Assembly: GCF_001194135.2 (NCBI RefSeq)
Contig: NC_068982.1
Location: 9,009,743 to 9,073,504, forward strand
From: Octopus bimaculoides
Lineage: Eukaryota
Direction: 5' to 3'
DNA length: 63,762 nucleotides
In this document: positions 50,156 to 63,400 of the stretch, piece by piece
How the letters are laid out: every line of letters starts with the position of its first letter
How positions within the stretch are numbered: the stretch's first letter is position 1
Program-made: the position numbers and the translations under genes
The notes under the pieces: model-generated
Seen by the model: only the letters and a program-made list of their open reading frames with translations
Databases searched by the model: none
Told to the model about the DNA's origin: nothing

Positions 50156-51019
50156 AGATATATATATCCACAAATTCAAGACAAACCATAGGAATGTATG
50201 TTCTGCATGCGTTGTATCATGCAAATTATCATAAAGGAAATACAATTTATTGTATTAGCTCAATGATTTGAAATTCAAAAAAGAATTATAAGGGAATGAG
50301 GCTGGGCTAGAAGTCCGACAGCAAAATCTATCTTAATTAATTAACTCATAAAATTTCACTATAAAATCTTTCAAACGGATAAGAACTAAATGCGTCTTAG
50401 CCTCTTAATACTGACGGCTATATAATTAGATATAATTTCATGTTTAATCGACTGTAAAATGGTATCTTCCTTTTGGATAATTATGAAGTTTAACTGCATT
50501 GAATTAAAATGAAGTATTGATTTTTACTGAAGACATATACCACAATTCCTTCTAAAAGGCAGCGTAGGCGTGAAAATAGTGAAAAAGCGTCATCAAATAC
50601 AATTTTTTATATAGACACTTGATCAGAGAATTGTGGCGAATTAAGAGTGGTTAACGTCCACCCTACAAATAAACTGATATGTTATTTTTTCGAACCCGAA
50701 ACGCTGGAAAGCAAATTTGACTCGGTGACATTTGAACTCTGAGAATGAAGGGTTAGAACAATTTCCGCAAAAAAAATTTTCTCTAATATTCTACCAATCC
50801 TGCTCTCATACCGCCCAGATTCTTTCAAATATGGGCAACAGTCGTTGTTTTTGGCGAACCAGGATTATAAATCCTCCTCCACAATAGAACTACTCCAGGA
50901 AAGCTAAATTTCTCGGGATCGATTCCTACGGGAGAATATACACAGAGACGTCCATACAAGATATGTTATTTTCAAATTTTGACACGAGGACAGCAATTTC
51001 ATAAGAGTAGTTTTATTAC

Positions 51020-51175
51020 ATCGATCCTAGTGCTCAACCGGCACATATTTGATAGACCTCGAAAGGGATGAAAGGCAAAGTCGACCTCTGCGAAATTTGT
51101 TCTCATTACGTGAAGACGTACGAAATACCGCTAAGCAATTTATCCGGCGAGCTAACGATTCGGCCAACTTGTCGC
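51020..51175 (-). mobile_element. SINE family B
   Basis: Revcomp of head and core. Confidence 0.8.
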
Positions 51176-51214
51176 CTTCGTTTATGTAAAGATTATATTG
51201 AAGGAACGTGTAGA

Positions 51215-51355
51215 GTTAGGTGTCGGTGTGGCTGCATGGTAAGAAGTTTTTTTCCCCAACCACGTGGTTCCGGATTCAGTCCCGCTGCGTTGCACCTTGG
51301 GCCGACCAAAGCCTTATGAGTGGATTTGGTAGACGAAAACTGAAAGAAGCCCATC

Positions 51356-51415
<60 letters not shown>

Positions 51416-51605
51416 TCCTATCGCTTGAAAACCAATGTTGATGTGTTTACGTCGCCGTAACTTAGCAGTTCGGCAAAAGGGACCGATAGAGTCAGAAGAA
51501 CTAGGCTTACAAAGAATAAGTCCTGGGAGCGATTTGTTCAATTAAAGGTGGTGTTCCAGCATGGCCGCAGTCAAATGACAGAAACGAATAAAACGAAAAA
51601 GAGTT
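51215..51605 (+). mobile_element. SINE family A, near full length
   Basis: Head GGTGTGGCTGCATGGTAAGAAG...GGATTCAGTCCC and canonical tail CAGCATGGCCGCAGTCAAATGACAGAAAC. Confidence 0.9.
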
Positions 51606-52199
51606 CCTTACATGTGTATACCTGTAGATGTATCGGTATACATTTGTGTTGTGGTTATTGTTATGCGAAGAATGTTACTGATCAGTCGAATCACTTTTAT
51701 GAAAGAAACGCATTTGGCTATTAGATCGTCTGCCAGTATACAATTGATTTGAACTGAAAATATTTTACTCATTTTTTGACTTAGACTCTGGGCTTTCAAC
51801 AGTTTTCCTTGTTTCTTATTTCATCGCTATCAATTAAACTCGTTTAATAACTTTTCATTTTCTTAAATAGAGAACAAAATTTTTCTTTTGATATTTTGTT
51901 CGTCGTTTGTAGATAAGAGTATTAATTTCATATTTTTCATTACTTGATCGTCTATAATTGTACGGTGGAAAATTTCTAATATTTTTTTTTGTTGTATAAA
52001 GTTTCCTATATTACTTTACTTTCTATAGATTCGAAGCTTTTTAAACTATATGTAATCATTCTCGTGCCTCTCTTTCTGTTTAAACATCCCTGTTCATTCT
52101 ACTTTATTTAGCGCAAAGGGGGAAATATAACTAAGATTTATTAATGAAAGATTTCAGTGGCGATGTCTATTACCTTTTGTATTTAACTTTGTTTTAATT

Positions 52200-53985
52200 T
52201 CTAATATAATACATCAATATCATTTTTCTTTAAACATTTCTTTAAACAAATGCCGCGCTCTTTGTTACTCAGAGAATCTAAAGTGCATCGAAACGTGTGA
52301 CTGGTTCGTACTCTGTTATTACCTAGCGTAAGTCTAATATACTGCAGAGTAAAGTCCAAGCAGCTTCTGCTGCGCCTACAAAGAAATGTGCGGTCTGACA
52401 TTATCGCAATAAAAAGACAATTCGATAACATAGGCAAGTGCTAGGAAGTTTCTGGTGGATTGCTGAATTTAATTTGTTCACTTGGCCACTGTGCACATCT
52501 GAATCGGTGACCCTGCACATGGAAAGAAACTCGTAAAAAACAACACCCTTCCAATCGCACCAAATTGAAAGCATAACTTCGATTGAAGTTCTGCATTTGA
52601 AGGTTGTTTATGCTTCCCCGTGTGCCTCCCATTATCGTTTCCGCTCCACATTGTTATAGAAGAGCTATTTTTCTATCTCCTGCCACAAATCTTTTGTTTT
52701 TTAATGAACGTTTTCGTCACGTTTTCTCAAGCAATCGCAGACGGAAAGCCCTTCGACAAGATTAACCTCATTGAATTCATGTGGAACCTGCACATCTGTT
52801 TCTGTATTGCCCACAAGGGTCCAACGAAGAGGAGACAATACAAAGACATATGGGGATATAGAAGAAAGGAAAAAAATATATAACGTATGATACAAGCTGA
52901 ATGATAAATAAAAATTAATCTACTTACCCCACCTCCAAGTAGTGTCACTTCCTTTATCCTTTAAATTCCATACCTTCCAAAATATCCAATCCATATTCTT
53001 TAAAAAGTTCTTCATACTCTATATTATCCGACAACCCTTTCATGTCATAGTTCACTCTCCAACATTTGTACCCACCTTTATACTTTTCTATTTTGTTCTT
53101 CAGTTTCTCTGATACGAAAAGACATGTATGCCACCCCTTAACATTTGTCTTTCCTTTCACGTTAATATATATTGTGTTCTTCCATCTCGTTGTTTTGTTA
53201 ATGAGTTACATGTCTGCACCTTCAAACAACATACATGCAAAACAACTTTCAGTGGGAGGGGAAGTTTGTGAGTTCCTGTATGTCAGTGTCTTTTTATGTT
53301 CTTATGTCGGAGGGGAATGGGTGGGTTTGGTGTCTGCGGGGGAGGTTGGAGTTGAGAAGGTATGCATGGGGTGGGTGTGGGTTTCCCATTCAGTCTGATC
53401 TGCTTTCTTTCCCTTCCTCTGGTTTTCCTTTTCTGCCACTTTCCACAGTTCGTCTTCATTTATTTGTATTCCCTCCGCTACTTTTTCTGCTTCCTTCCCG
53501 ACTTCTTTCTGATTTTTCCCAGTCGATAAAGGGCAGTCCACTTTAATGTGGCCCTTTTGGCTACATTTGAAACATCGAAGGATTCTGCCCTCCACCCTGA
53601 CTCTTAAAACCACATCTCCAATTGTTACTGTTTCCGCCATTTTTTCAAGGTTTTGATGTAGATGGTTTTCAGCATTCTATTTGAATACCTGGAGAATATC
53701 TGCGATCATCCTTATCGTATGACGGGAATTGGTTTCGACCAATTCTTTCGTTTTGTCTTTGTTTATCTCAATTGGTCGACCGGGACCGAAATATTTCCCG
53801 ATACAAATTTTGGAAACCAAAGTACAACCTGTCTCGTCGTCGCAAGTTGTCGTTCAACTACATTAGAGTGTAAAGTATCTAACGAATACGCATGTGCAAG
53901 GGGCAGACTGAAGTTAGCTACTTTTTAGAATTCTTGACGTGTAGTGTCGAAAAAAACCGAACTGGCTTTTTGGGCAATACAAATT
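52200..53985 (-). mobile_element. Mariner (DD34D-type) transposon, decayed and split by the half-LINE at 52800-53654
   Basis: TIR-like TTGCCCAAAAAGCCAGTTCGGTTTTT near 53975, HTH region KELVETNSRHTIRMIADILQ...ENHLHQ. It resumes beyond the insertion with DVQVPHEF (WVPHEL), VMLSIWCDWKGVVFYE and DNVRPH. Confidence 0.85.
52800..53654 (-). mobile_element. ORF1-only non-autonomous retroelement, copy 2 (5'-truncated)
   Basis: Collinear with 44690-45480. Intact CX2CX4HX4C knuckle CFKCSQKGHIKVDC at 53533-53574. Ends in CCTTGTGGGCAATA. Confidence 0.88.
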
Positions 53986-54667
53986 AATTTATTTTATCGG
54001 TAGCGACATATTCATAAAATATGTATGTAACCGAGATAAGAAAATAAGTTTAACAATTCTGAAAATAAATAGTACTCTGAAAATGTTACTCCTACGTAGT
54101 CGGTATTTCTTTACGTTAAACATATTTATGATAAATTTGAATGTAAATCATAGATCACTTACAAGCGCTTCTGTAAGTGAAGTAGAAGTCCTTACAATCG
54201 CTATCAAGACCAGATCTAATGCAGACAGTAATACCTAAAAATGCAACCTAAAAAGTCAAGTGATATACTAGGACACCGCCTTTTTCTTAGTGGTTACAGT
54301 GAAAGCCTTTGGGCTTTCGAAACTTCTTCGGGTGCCAGTGGTATTCAGTAAAGTATACCAAATACCAAATGTATATAATCTACCTGGAGTGTGGATTCTT
54401 AACATTCCATTGTTATTCTCTGAGTACTTAGTCTCATGTATGTGATGTCGATTTTTCGATTCGCTTGAACCAAAGTATATTTAGTTTGAATAACATAGGG
54501 TTTGAACTCGCGTTCACCAGCTATACTACTGTAGGGAGAATTCACAAAAAAAAAAAGACGAAGACAGGTGGTGTAGAAAACAGATAAATGTATTAATATA
54601 ACGGACAATTGATTAATGAAGTTTGATTTTTATTTCGGAAATGTTAACTACTTCCCCTTTTTTACCA

Positions 54668-54850
54668 CAACAAATGTTTTATTGCCCACTGGGGGGCTAA
54701 ATATAGGGGGACAGTACATAAACAAACAGGACGGTACAATGAAAGTGGAGACGCAAAAACGGATGGAAGGATGAATAAAAATAAAATAAATATACAATGT
54801 AATGAAACGATGACGCTCGAACCCACGTCTGGTCGCCTTCGTTTCACCTT
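54668..54850 (-). mobile_element. Short retroelement 3' end carrying the type 2 tail
   Basis: Revcomp ...TGTACTGTCCCCCTATATTTAGCCCCCCAGTGGGCAATAAA. Confidence 0.6.
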
Positions 54851-57215
54851 ACAATTATATCTCTTTTTCGAGGTTTTATGACTTTTTTCTTTACTGCTTT
54901 ACGGTGATCTAAATTTACTATTAGAGGGGAAGATGGTCTCAGCTTTATAAGCAAGTGTATGTGATGGGATGCTTACAGTTCCTGGGCGGAAATTTTGGTG
55001 GAAAATTATGTCTCTGAGAGGCAGAGATGCTTTTTAATATTATTCTGATATAGTAGGGCCGCAGATGTTTTGTCCAACAGATTTAAAGGAAGATCGAGTG
55101 ATTGTCGCAGTTTTTTACTTAGCCTTTCAACTTTTATATATTATCTTCACTTAAAAGCTTCTGTAATTTTAAGTGTATTAATCTAAAAATCATTTTTTTA
55201 AAATTTGATTTAGATCATCCCTTGTCAGTGTCTGGATTGTCATTTCTGGGTTTTACTTGATGTTGCAGTCCACGGATTATTTTATTATTTAGGTCACAAA
55301 AATGCTGGGTATCTAAGTTCAAGTGTTGTCTGATAAACATTGGGTTGCCATATAAAAATGTCAGTAACATGTTCAATTACGAACCGATATCATAATCCAG
55401 CATTACTTTTTTCATCTCTACGAACCAGAAATACAATTTATAACGTGCGTGAACTCCAGCAAAAACGTTGTATAAGTTGTCTGCGTCTAAACAGTCTTGT
55501 CCAAGCAGATAAGATATACAAACATAAACGGTAGGCTTGATATATTTTCTTAACAACACATAGAAGACAATACCAAATAAGGATGAACAATAAGAAATAT
55601 GAAGATGCGTAAAATAATTTCTTTGGAAATATTCAAGTAAATATTCATGTATTTGCCTTCAGAGACTGGTGTGGATATCGTGAACACTGATTAGATTGTG
55701 CTTTTCATGAAAAGAGTTAGGAAAGAAAATGTATTTATCGACACAGAAACCTCTCCTGACTTGCAGATCATTTCTTGGGAGAAGGCCAGGTAAGCATATA
55801 CGTAGGATTATAAGGGAAGTAGTATATATACTAGATTATCGATGATCCCTTATACAATTGAATCTTTAATGCTTTTTAAACAAACATACAAAATAGGCGC
55901 TCAGCTTTTTCAATATAATGAGTCATACAGAGTATATCTACGTGGGGAAATCTTCATAAAACTCCATAAAAATATACATGCACTTATTTACACAAACAAT
56001 ATAGCAATGCATTTACACGAGTCACATGGAACTGATTGCTATGAGAAACATAAATTTTATATATATAAGAATATTACCGCCTACGTAAGAACGTACATTT
56101 GTTTATCTTGAAAATATATTTATTGACAGGCAATTCTTCAGTTAAGATAATGGAAACACTCCATATATGTTGCTGAAGATAGTGAAACAAAATATGATTA
56201 AAAAATATTGCTTATGTATCATAAAACATGATTACGCACGTACGTAATTGTATATACGTACACTCACACACAATTATCAAATGTTCACTCGTAAATTATA
56301 CACAAACATACAGATGCGTGGGAGGACAGCATATAATATATATATATATATATATANNNNNNNNNNNNNNNNNNNNNNNNNNNNNNNNNNNNNNNNNNNN
56401 NNNNNNNNNNNNNNNNNNNNNNNNNNNNNNNNNNNNNNNNNNNNNNNNNNNNNNNNNNNNNNNNNNNNNNNNNNNNNNNNNNNNNNNNNNNNNNNNNNNN
56501 NNNNNNNNNNNNNNNNNNNNNNNNNNNNNNNNNNNNNNNNNNNNNNNNNNNNNNNNNNNNNNNNNNNNNNNNNNNNNNNNNNNNNNNNNNNNNNNNNNNN
56601 NNNNNNNNNNNNNNNNNNNNNNNNNNNNNNNNNNNNNNNNNNNNNNNNNNNNNNNNNNNNNNNNNNNNNNNNNNNNNNNNNNNNNNNNNNNNNNNNNNNN
56701 NNNNNNNNNNNNNNNNNNNNNNNNNNNNNNNNNNNNNNNNNNNNNNNNNNNNNNNNNNNNNNNNNNNNNNNNNNNNNNNNNNNNNNNNNNNNNNNNNNNN
56801 NNNNNNNNNNNNNNNNNNNNNNNNNNNNNNNNNNNNNNNNNNNNNNNNNNNNNNNNNNNNNNNNNNNNNNNNNNNNNNNNNNNNNNNNNNNNNNNNNNNN
56901 NNNNNNNNNNNNNNNNNNNNNNNNNNNNNNNNNNNNNNNNNNNNNNNNNNNNNNNNNNNNNNNNNNNNNNNNNNNNNNNNNNNNNNNNNNNNNNNNNNNN
57001 NNNNNNNNNNNNNNNNNNNNNNNNNNNNNNNNNNNNNNNNNNNNNNNNNNNNNNNNNNNNNNNNNNNNNNNNNNNNNNNNNNNNNNNNNNNNNNNNNNNN
57101 NNNNNNNNNNNNNNNNNNNNNNNNNNNNNNNNNNNNNNNNNNNNNNNNNNNNNNNNNNNNNNNNNNNNNNNNNNNNNNNNNNNNNNNNNNNNNNNNNNNN
57201 NNNNNNNNNNNNNNN

Positions 57216-57290
<75 letters not shown>

Positions 57291-57818
57291 TATATATATT
57301 TATGGAGAGCTATAGAAAGTGCATGTAAGTCAGGATACTGCGTCGAAGGCGATATGAGTTTTGTACTTCTTTGAAATTAAGAAATAAATCTCCTGAAGAA
57401 GTCAATAAACTCATGGAATGCACCTTACAGTTTCACTTTGTTTTAATATGCGGCTACATATTGGTAAAGCTCGCTATTTCCAATAATGGGACCACTGTGA
57501 AATGGACTGTTATTTCGTTAGCGTAAAGTAATATATTCAACTATTCTTGTGTAGATTCTGTGACCTGAAATGTTTACGGTTTCAAAGAATGACTACTATA
57601 TGAGAAAAATTTAGTACATTCCTATTGCTGCAAAATAAGTAATATCTGACACTTCATATATTGATATTTTAGAAATGTATTAACGTTTTTCTTAACGTCT
57701 GCTTCTAGATTGACATAAATCCTTTTAGCATCTAAATACGATTCTTTTCTCTATCGTTCGTATCGTTACAATTTTCTTTCAATATACTTTGTCCTATCTT
57801 CGCAACATTGTTGAAAGT

Positions 57819-57897
<79 letters not shown>

Positions 57898-58229
57898 NNN
57901 NNNNNNNNNNNNNNNNNNNNNNNNNNNNNNNNNNNNNNNNNNNNNNNNNNNNNNNNNNNNNNNNNNNNNNNNNNNNNNNNNNNNNNNNNNNNNNNNNNNN
58001 NNNNNNNNNNNNNNNNNNNNNNNNNNNNNNNNNNNNNNNNNNNNNNNNNNNNNNNNNNNNNNNNNNNNNNNNNNNNNNNNNNNNNNNNNNNNNNNNNNNN
58101 NNNNNNNNNNNNNNNNNNNNNNNNNNNNNNNNNNNNNNNNNNNNNNNNNNNNNNNNNNNNNNNNNNNNNNNNNNNNNNNNNNNNNNNNNNNNNNNNNNNN
58201 NNNNNNTATATATATATATATATAATCAT

Positions 58230-60640
58230 CGTGTTCTCCCCAAAATAGAGACTTCTGACAGATCAATCTATTTGGACAATTCGGAGATAGGAGCATATAT
58301 CCTTGATAATGTTGAGACGACAGTTTCTGGAAACTTTGGTTGCTTTCTCAGATTGTCTTTCAGCTCCCAGTCATTTGCTGTGTCAAGGGGCCCTGGAGGG
58401 TTGACCCTGGTAGTACTGATCTTCTTTACACGAATTTTGAAGAAGAGATGATTTTCTCCCCCGATGAAAGAACTTCGAATTACCATTTTATGTTCTTCCA
58501 GACTTCTATGGTCTTCAAGACTTAATCATGCCTCTCCCAGGGCTTTTGAACAACCACTGAAGATGTATTTTAGGATTCGTCTGCTTAGATCCATAGGGTA
58601 ACCTTCGTAATCAAACTTTTGTCAGGTCGGATGTGTTCGTTGGTCATCGTCAACTACTTGAACTAGTATTCTACCCGTTAGTACTCCGCTCACCAAACGT
58701 CATACCTTGAGAGCATAGAGCCTCTTGGCCTATTTTTATGTAGACTCCCTAGTACCTAATCCCATCACACTTTCTGATCCTTCAGTCGTTTTCAGACAAG
58801 GACATCTATTAGTATCAGCCTAGAGAGGTTCGGCCTAGACGTGAAAGAAAAAGTTAAACCTCCCATTGTTTTGAGTTGTAAAGCCAGAAAAATCCGTCAA
58901 CTTAGCTTAAAAGCTTAGCACGGCAATTCAAAGAGGAAAAGGAGGAAGACAGTGGACAAATGAATAACATGTGAACTATTTTCCGGAAGTAGCTTATGTC
59001 AGTGATCAGGGCTGAGTTTCATGGGAGACAGCAGAATGAGAGAGTCAGGAAGTGAGTTACCTTTCTGGCAAACCTATGTGAGTTTACGAAACAGCTGCCC
59101 CGCCGGAATTGTAGGGGTCAACTCATCTCTTCCATAAGTGTAATGGCCATTCAGCTTAAAGCCTACAACAGTAATGTTTCTAGGGGCCAAAAACACAAGA
59201 CACTGCAAGTCTTGATTAGTATGTCTGCATTATATCTAGAATTGGATGGAAAGAAGCCCAGCTGGAAAGAGATCAAGGATGTGGTCAAGGCAAGATGAGA
59301 TTCAGCTCTAGAGCATTAAAAGGTGTAGAAAAACACAGGCTCTGGATGTAGCTGAAGAGTGATTTTTAAAATCACTCTTCAGATGGAGTGTAGATTCCAA
59401 AAGATGAAGAATTTAAACAATCAGTGAATTTAGAGTAATTGCGTTACTCACCACTGAAAAAAGTTATTTTTCAGCATTATTGCTAGACGCCTGAACTAGA
59501 TTCTGAAGACGTTTTACTTCGAAAGTTCTGTTCAGAAAGACGTGTCTTGAAGGTATCAAGTTTCTCGGAACAGTTAGGTGATATTGATATCACTAATTTA
59601 ATCAGCGAAATCTGAGAGGACATGGGTGAACTGAGAGTTTAGTGGCTGAAAATCGCGAATATCTACGTACCCATTCATTCCATATAAGCTGATTAAAGAC
59701 ACTGTGAAAGGGCTTCATGTCCCAGTCATGAACACAGGTCTTGAGGATGAGAGTCTCTGCTGCTTCCATGGAGTAGTACATGCTTCAGATCCGAGTTACC
59801 GCTGTATGTACTATTTCAGTGACCATTTCGGTACTTGTAATGAGCGTGTTGGTAAATTCAGCTGAAGTGCAGTCTAGAAGGTCGTTCACTGTGCCTGATG
59901 CTTCGCCCGACTGTTACTAGGGTTTTATGGATGATATGACTGTGAAACCATCTGTCATAGTGGACAGAAGAATCTTGAAAAGACCTGAGGAGATTTGATG
60001 ACTTGGGCTCGTATGAGCTCGAAGCCATTGACATCCATATTGCATGTGCCGAAGATAATCAGAGTTAAATGGTTCAGTTTCTCAGTTGGTGATGGACAGA
60101 TAACATCCATCAGCGAGAAACCATTGAAGAACTTGGAAAGATATTAAACTGCAGCCGCCTAAGAGACTACGCTATTCATCCGAGAAACCAATAAAGAAAT
60201 GGAAATTTGCCTGTCCACAAAGGTCAAGTAAAATCTCCTTGGTACGTGTAAGGCCTGGATTTACTAGCATGACACCTTCTCATCAATTCTTTCACCACTC
60301 TTGTTATATGAGATCCCTATATATAAACCGACAATTTTAAGAAGAGTGTCAGTGAAATCCTACAGAATCGACCGAGATTTAGGGTCTGAATGTAAATAAT
60401 GTCAAGATGAAGCTCTCTATCAATAGCCTGAGAGAAAACTTCGTGGTGACCCGTCCTGGATAGGTGTTGCAATACTGAAACTCCTATGCCAGTAGCCTCC
60501 CAGTCTGGCACTGAGGTCAGAAAACGATAAAAGGAGAGAGAAAATGTGAGTGTCGAGCTTGCTGAGTCGCAGTTAAGACAAAAATACGATTGTGGAATAT
60601 ATACGTCGTGGAAAGACTGGCCTGCTACCACTGAAGCATC
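58230..60640 (+). mobile_element. HERO-clade LINE, decayed N-terminus and RT
   Basis: ERFGLD, KPSWKEIKDVVK, IPKDEE...FRVIALLTTE...FFSIIARRL, FMDD at 59924-59935, AESQLRQK. Many stops. Confidence 0.85.
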
Positions 60641-60744
60641 CTACTTTGTGAGTGTGTAAGTACTTGTGTGGGTTTCTGTGTGTGTGTGTGTATGTGCAGT
60701 AGTAGTAACAACAGCAATAGTAGTAGATAGAGAAACAAGGAAAT

Positions 60745-60968
60745 AATGTTCTTTTCTACACTAGGCACAAGGCCCGAAATTTTAGGAGAGGGGGCCAGTT
60801 GATTAGATCGAATCCAGTACGCAACGGGTGCTTAATTTATCGAACCCTGAAAGGATGAAGGGCAAAGTCGACTTCAGTCGACTTCGGCAGAACTCAGAAC
60901 GTAGCGGAAGACGAAATACTGCAAAGCATTTCGCCCGGCGTTCTAACGTTTCTGCCCGCTCACCGCCT
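60745..60968 (-). mobile_element. SINE family B, full length, tail type 1
   Basis: Revcomp of head, core and ...GGGCCTTGTGCCTAGTGTAGAAAAG tail. Confidence 0.9.
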
Positions 60969-61486
60969 TGAAAAAGCGATTATGTTATAAGTATATAAGT
61001 AAATTGTCGAACATGAACAAAATTCACAAAATAAATTTATGCTAAATAAGAAAAGTTATATAATCGTAGACAGAAATATCAATTATATGCATAAATAAGT
61101 TTATATCATATGAACTAATTTATTTAATTATATTTTTTGTACGGAATTTTAAAACTGATTATTAAATTTGATTACTAAGTAAGACATGACGGTACCACTA
61201 CCATCGTTTAGAAAACGATCACTGCCATCGAGATCAATGATCAAAGACTTTTCAGTCACGTCCATTTTTAATTTTATGTCTACGACTACACACTAACCTT
61301 ATCATTAATGTCTTACTATTCAATGGAATATAGTTATAATTTAATAATATTAAATCCTGTTCTTACATAAGAAAATCATCCGGTTAAATCCATTCACTCA
61401 CATAAACACATGCATGTATACACACACATTATATATATATATATATATAAAGTCATCATTACTGTCTTGATATATAGATTAGTATG

Positions 61487-61526
<40 letters not shown>

Positions 61527-61530
<4 letters not shown>

Positions 61531-61640
61531 GTCGGGCAAAATGCTTAGCGGTTCTTCGTTTGTCTTTACTTTCTGAGATCAAATTCCACCGAACTGGACT
61601 TTCCCTTTCATCCTTTCGAGGTCGATGAATTAGCTACCAG
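61527..61640 (+). mobile_element. SINE family B, truncated
   Basis: GGGCAAAATGCTTAGCGG...TTTCATCCTTTCGAGGTCGAT. Confidence 0.8.
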
Positions 61641-61974
61641 CTCCGTAAAAATTTATTTGAAGGGACCAGAAATTGAAAGAAGAGAAAATGAAAAGGACAG
61701 AGAAAGAAAGTGAAAGATGTATGTACATCTATATGAAATGGATGCGTGTGTGTGTGAGAGAGAGAAAGAGAGGGGAAAAAAAGAGATAGAGTGAGTGAGA
61801 GAAGGTGTGTGTCGTGATGATCGATGTCTTTTCAGGAACACACAGATATAGAAAATGTGACATCGTATAAAATGTTTACGATGGTCGATTTATGGAAAAG
61901 ATTATAATGTTAAATTTTTAAATTACAAATATGTGAATGGAAATAAAATTTTTAATTTGTAACCAAAATAGTAC

Positions 61975-62244
61975 TGTATCTTTTGCTTCCCCATTCGTCA
62001 AAATCAGTTTTAGAATGCATAAGGAATATATATTGCAAATCCAATGGGGGTCTTAAAAGACATGTTAGGATCCACAATGAGCAGAACTTACTTGCAGGTA
62101 TTGGTAGTGCAAATCAGAGGTGCAATCTGTGTGGGTGTTTTTTCAAAACACTGTCTGGTTTAAAAAGCCACATCAGACGCCATGAAAGGGCTAAGGTGTA
62201 GGTGCAGGAGGTGGTCAAACTCTGTTTAAGGAGTAGACAACCAC

Positions 62245-62247
<3 letters not shown>
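61975..62247 (+). mobile_element. 3' end of an RTE-like LINE with two C-terminal C2H2-type zinc-finger motifs
   Basis: CKSNGGLKRHVRIH and CNLCGCFFKTLSGLKSHIRRH*, with no TGEKP linkers, then a short 3' UTR running into (TA)n. Confidence 0.6.
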
Positions 62248-62277
<30 letters not shown>

Positions 62278-62965
62278 CTATAGGATAACATCTTTATAAG
62301 AATTTATCAAGTAGTCAGCGTGAAAAAACCCCATAAGGAAAAAAAAAAGACATGAAAAATNNNNNNNNNNNNNNNNNNNNNNNNNNNNNNNNNNNNNNNN
62401 NNNNNNNNNNNNNNNNNNNNNNNNNNNNNNNNNNNNNNNNNNNNNNNNNNNNNNNNNNNNNNNNNNNNNNNNNNNNNNNNNNNNNNNNNNNNNNNNNNNN
62501 NNNNNNNNNNNNNNNNNNNNNNNNNNNNNNNNNNNNNNNNNNNNNNNNNNNNNNNNNNNNNNNNNNNNNNNNNNNNNNNNNNNNNNNNNNNNNNNNNNNN
62601 NNNNNNNNNNNNNNNNNNNNNNNNNNNNNNNNNNNNNNNNNNNNNNNNNNNNNNNNNNNNNNNNNNNNNNNNNNNNNNNNNNNNNNNNNNNNNNNNNNNN
62701 NNNNNNNNNNNNNNNNNNNNNNNNNNNNNNNNNNNNNNNNNNNNNNNNNNNNNNNNNNNNNNNNNNNNNNNNNNNNNNNNNNNNNNNNNNNNNNNNNNNN
62801 NNNNNNNNNNNNNNNNNNNNNNNNNNNNNNNNNNNNNNNNNNNNNNNNNNNNNNNNNNNNNNNNNNNNNNNNNNNNNNNNNNNNNNNNNNNNNNNNNNNN
62901 NNNNNNNNNNNNNNNNNNNNNNNNNNNNNNNNNNNNNNNNNNNNNNNNNNNNNNNNNNNNNNNNN

Positions 62966-63004
<39 letters not shown>

Positions 63005-63019
63005 ATATATATATATAAA

Positions 63020-63400
63020 GTAGGTGTATACTGTGACAGCCCCATGAAGGGAATAACACTACTGCTATTTAGCCCTAGGAAGCAGAGGGAGAGAGAGAAA
63101 TGACGAAAGATGAAAGAGGGAATAAAAGATAACGTAAGAGTCGTAAATAATTTAGAAAAAATACCTACTATAAGATGAGCACACGGGTGTACGTACGCCG
63201 TTATATATATGTATACACACAAATATAAAAATGGAGCAAAATCGCAATAGAGGGCATTAAAACATTCGACAGATAGACGACACAAAGGCGAAGAGAAACA
63301 GCAACTAGAGGGAGAGGCAAAAAAAGACGGGTCATTCTTAGCTTTCTCTAATAAGTCAAGTTCCAGAAGTCACGACCATGTTCAAAGAAAATGGAGAACA
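63020..63400. repeat. Interspersed repeat related to 11350-12010
   Basis: Shared GACGGGTCATTC...AGTCAAGTT block. Confidence 0.4.

Noticed and set aside
54155-54180. 9-bp hairpin TCACTTACA...TGTAAGTGA
   Set aside because: Isolated and short, of the kind expected by chance in 64 kb, with no associated element.
56228-57328. Long ORFs of 110-366 aa containing X runs (also 0.5-1.1, 10.8-11.3, 26.6-27.2, 29.2-29.7, 57.7-58.5 and 62.3-63.3 kb)
   Set aside because: They read through N gaps and (TA)n/(CA)n tracts, which lack stops in some frames.
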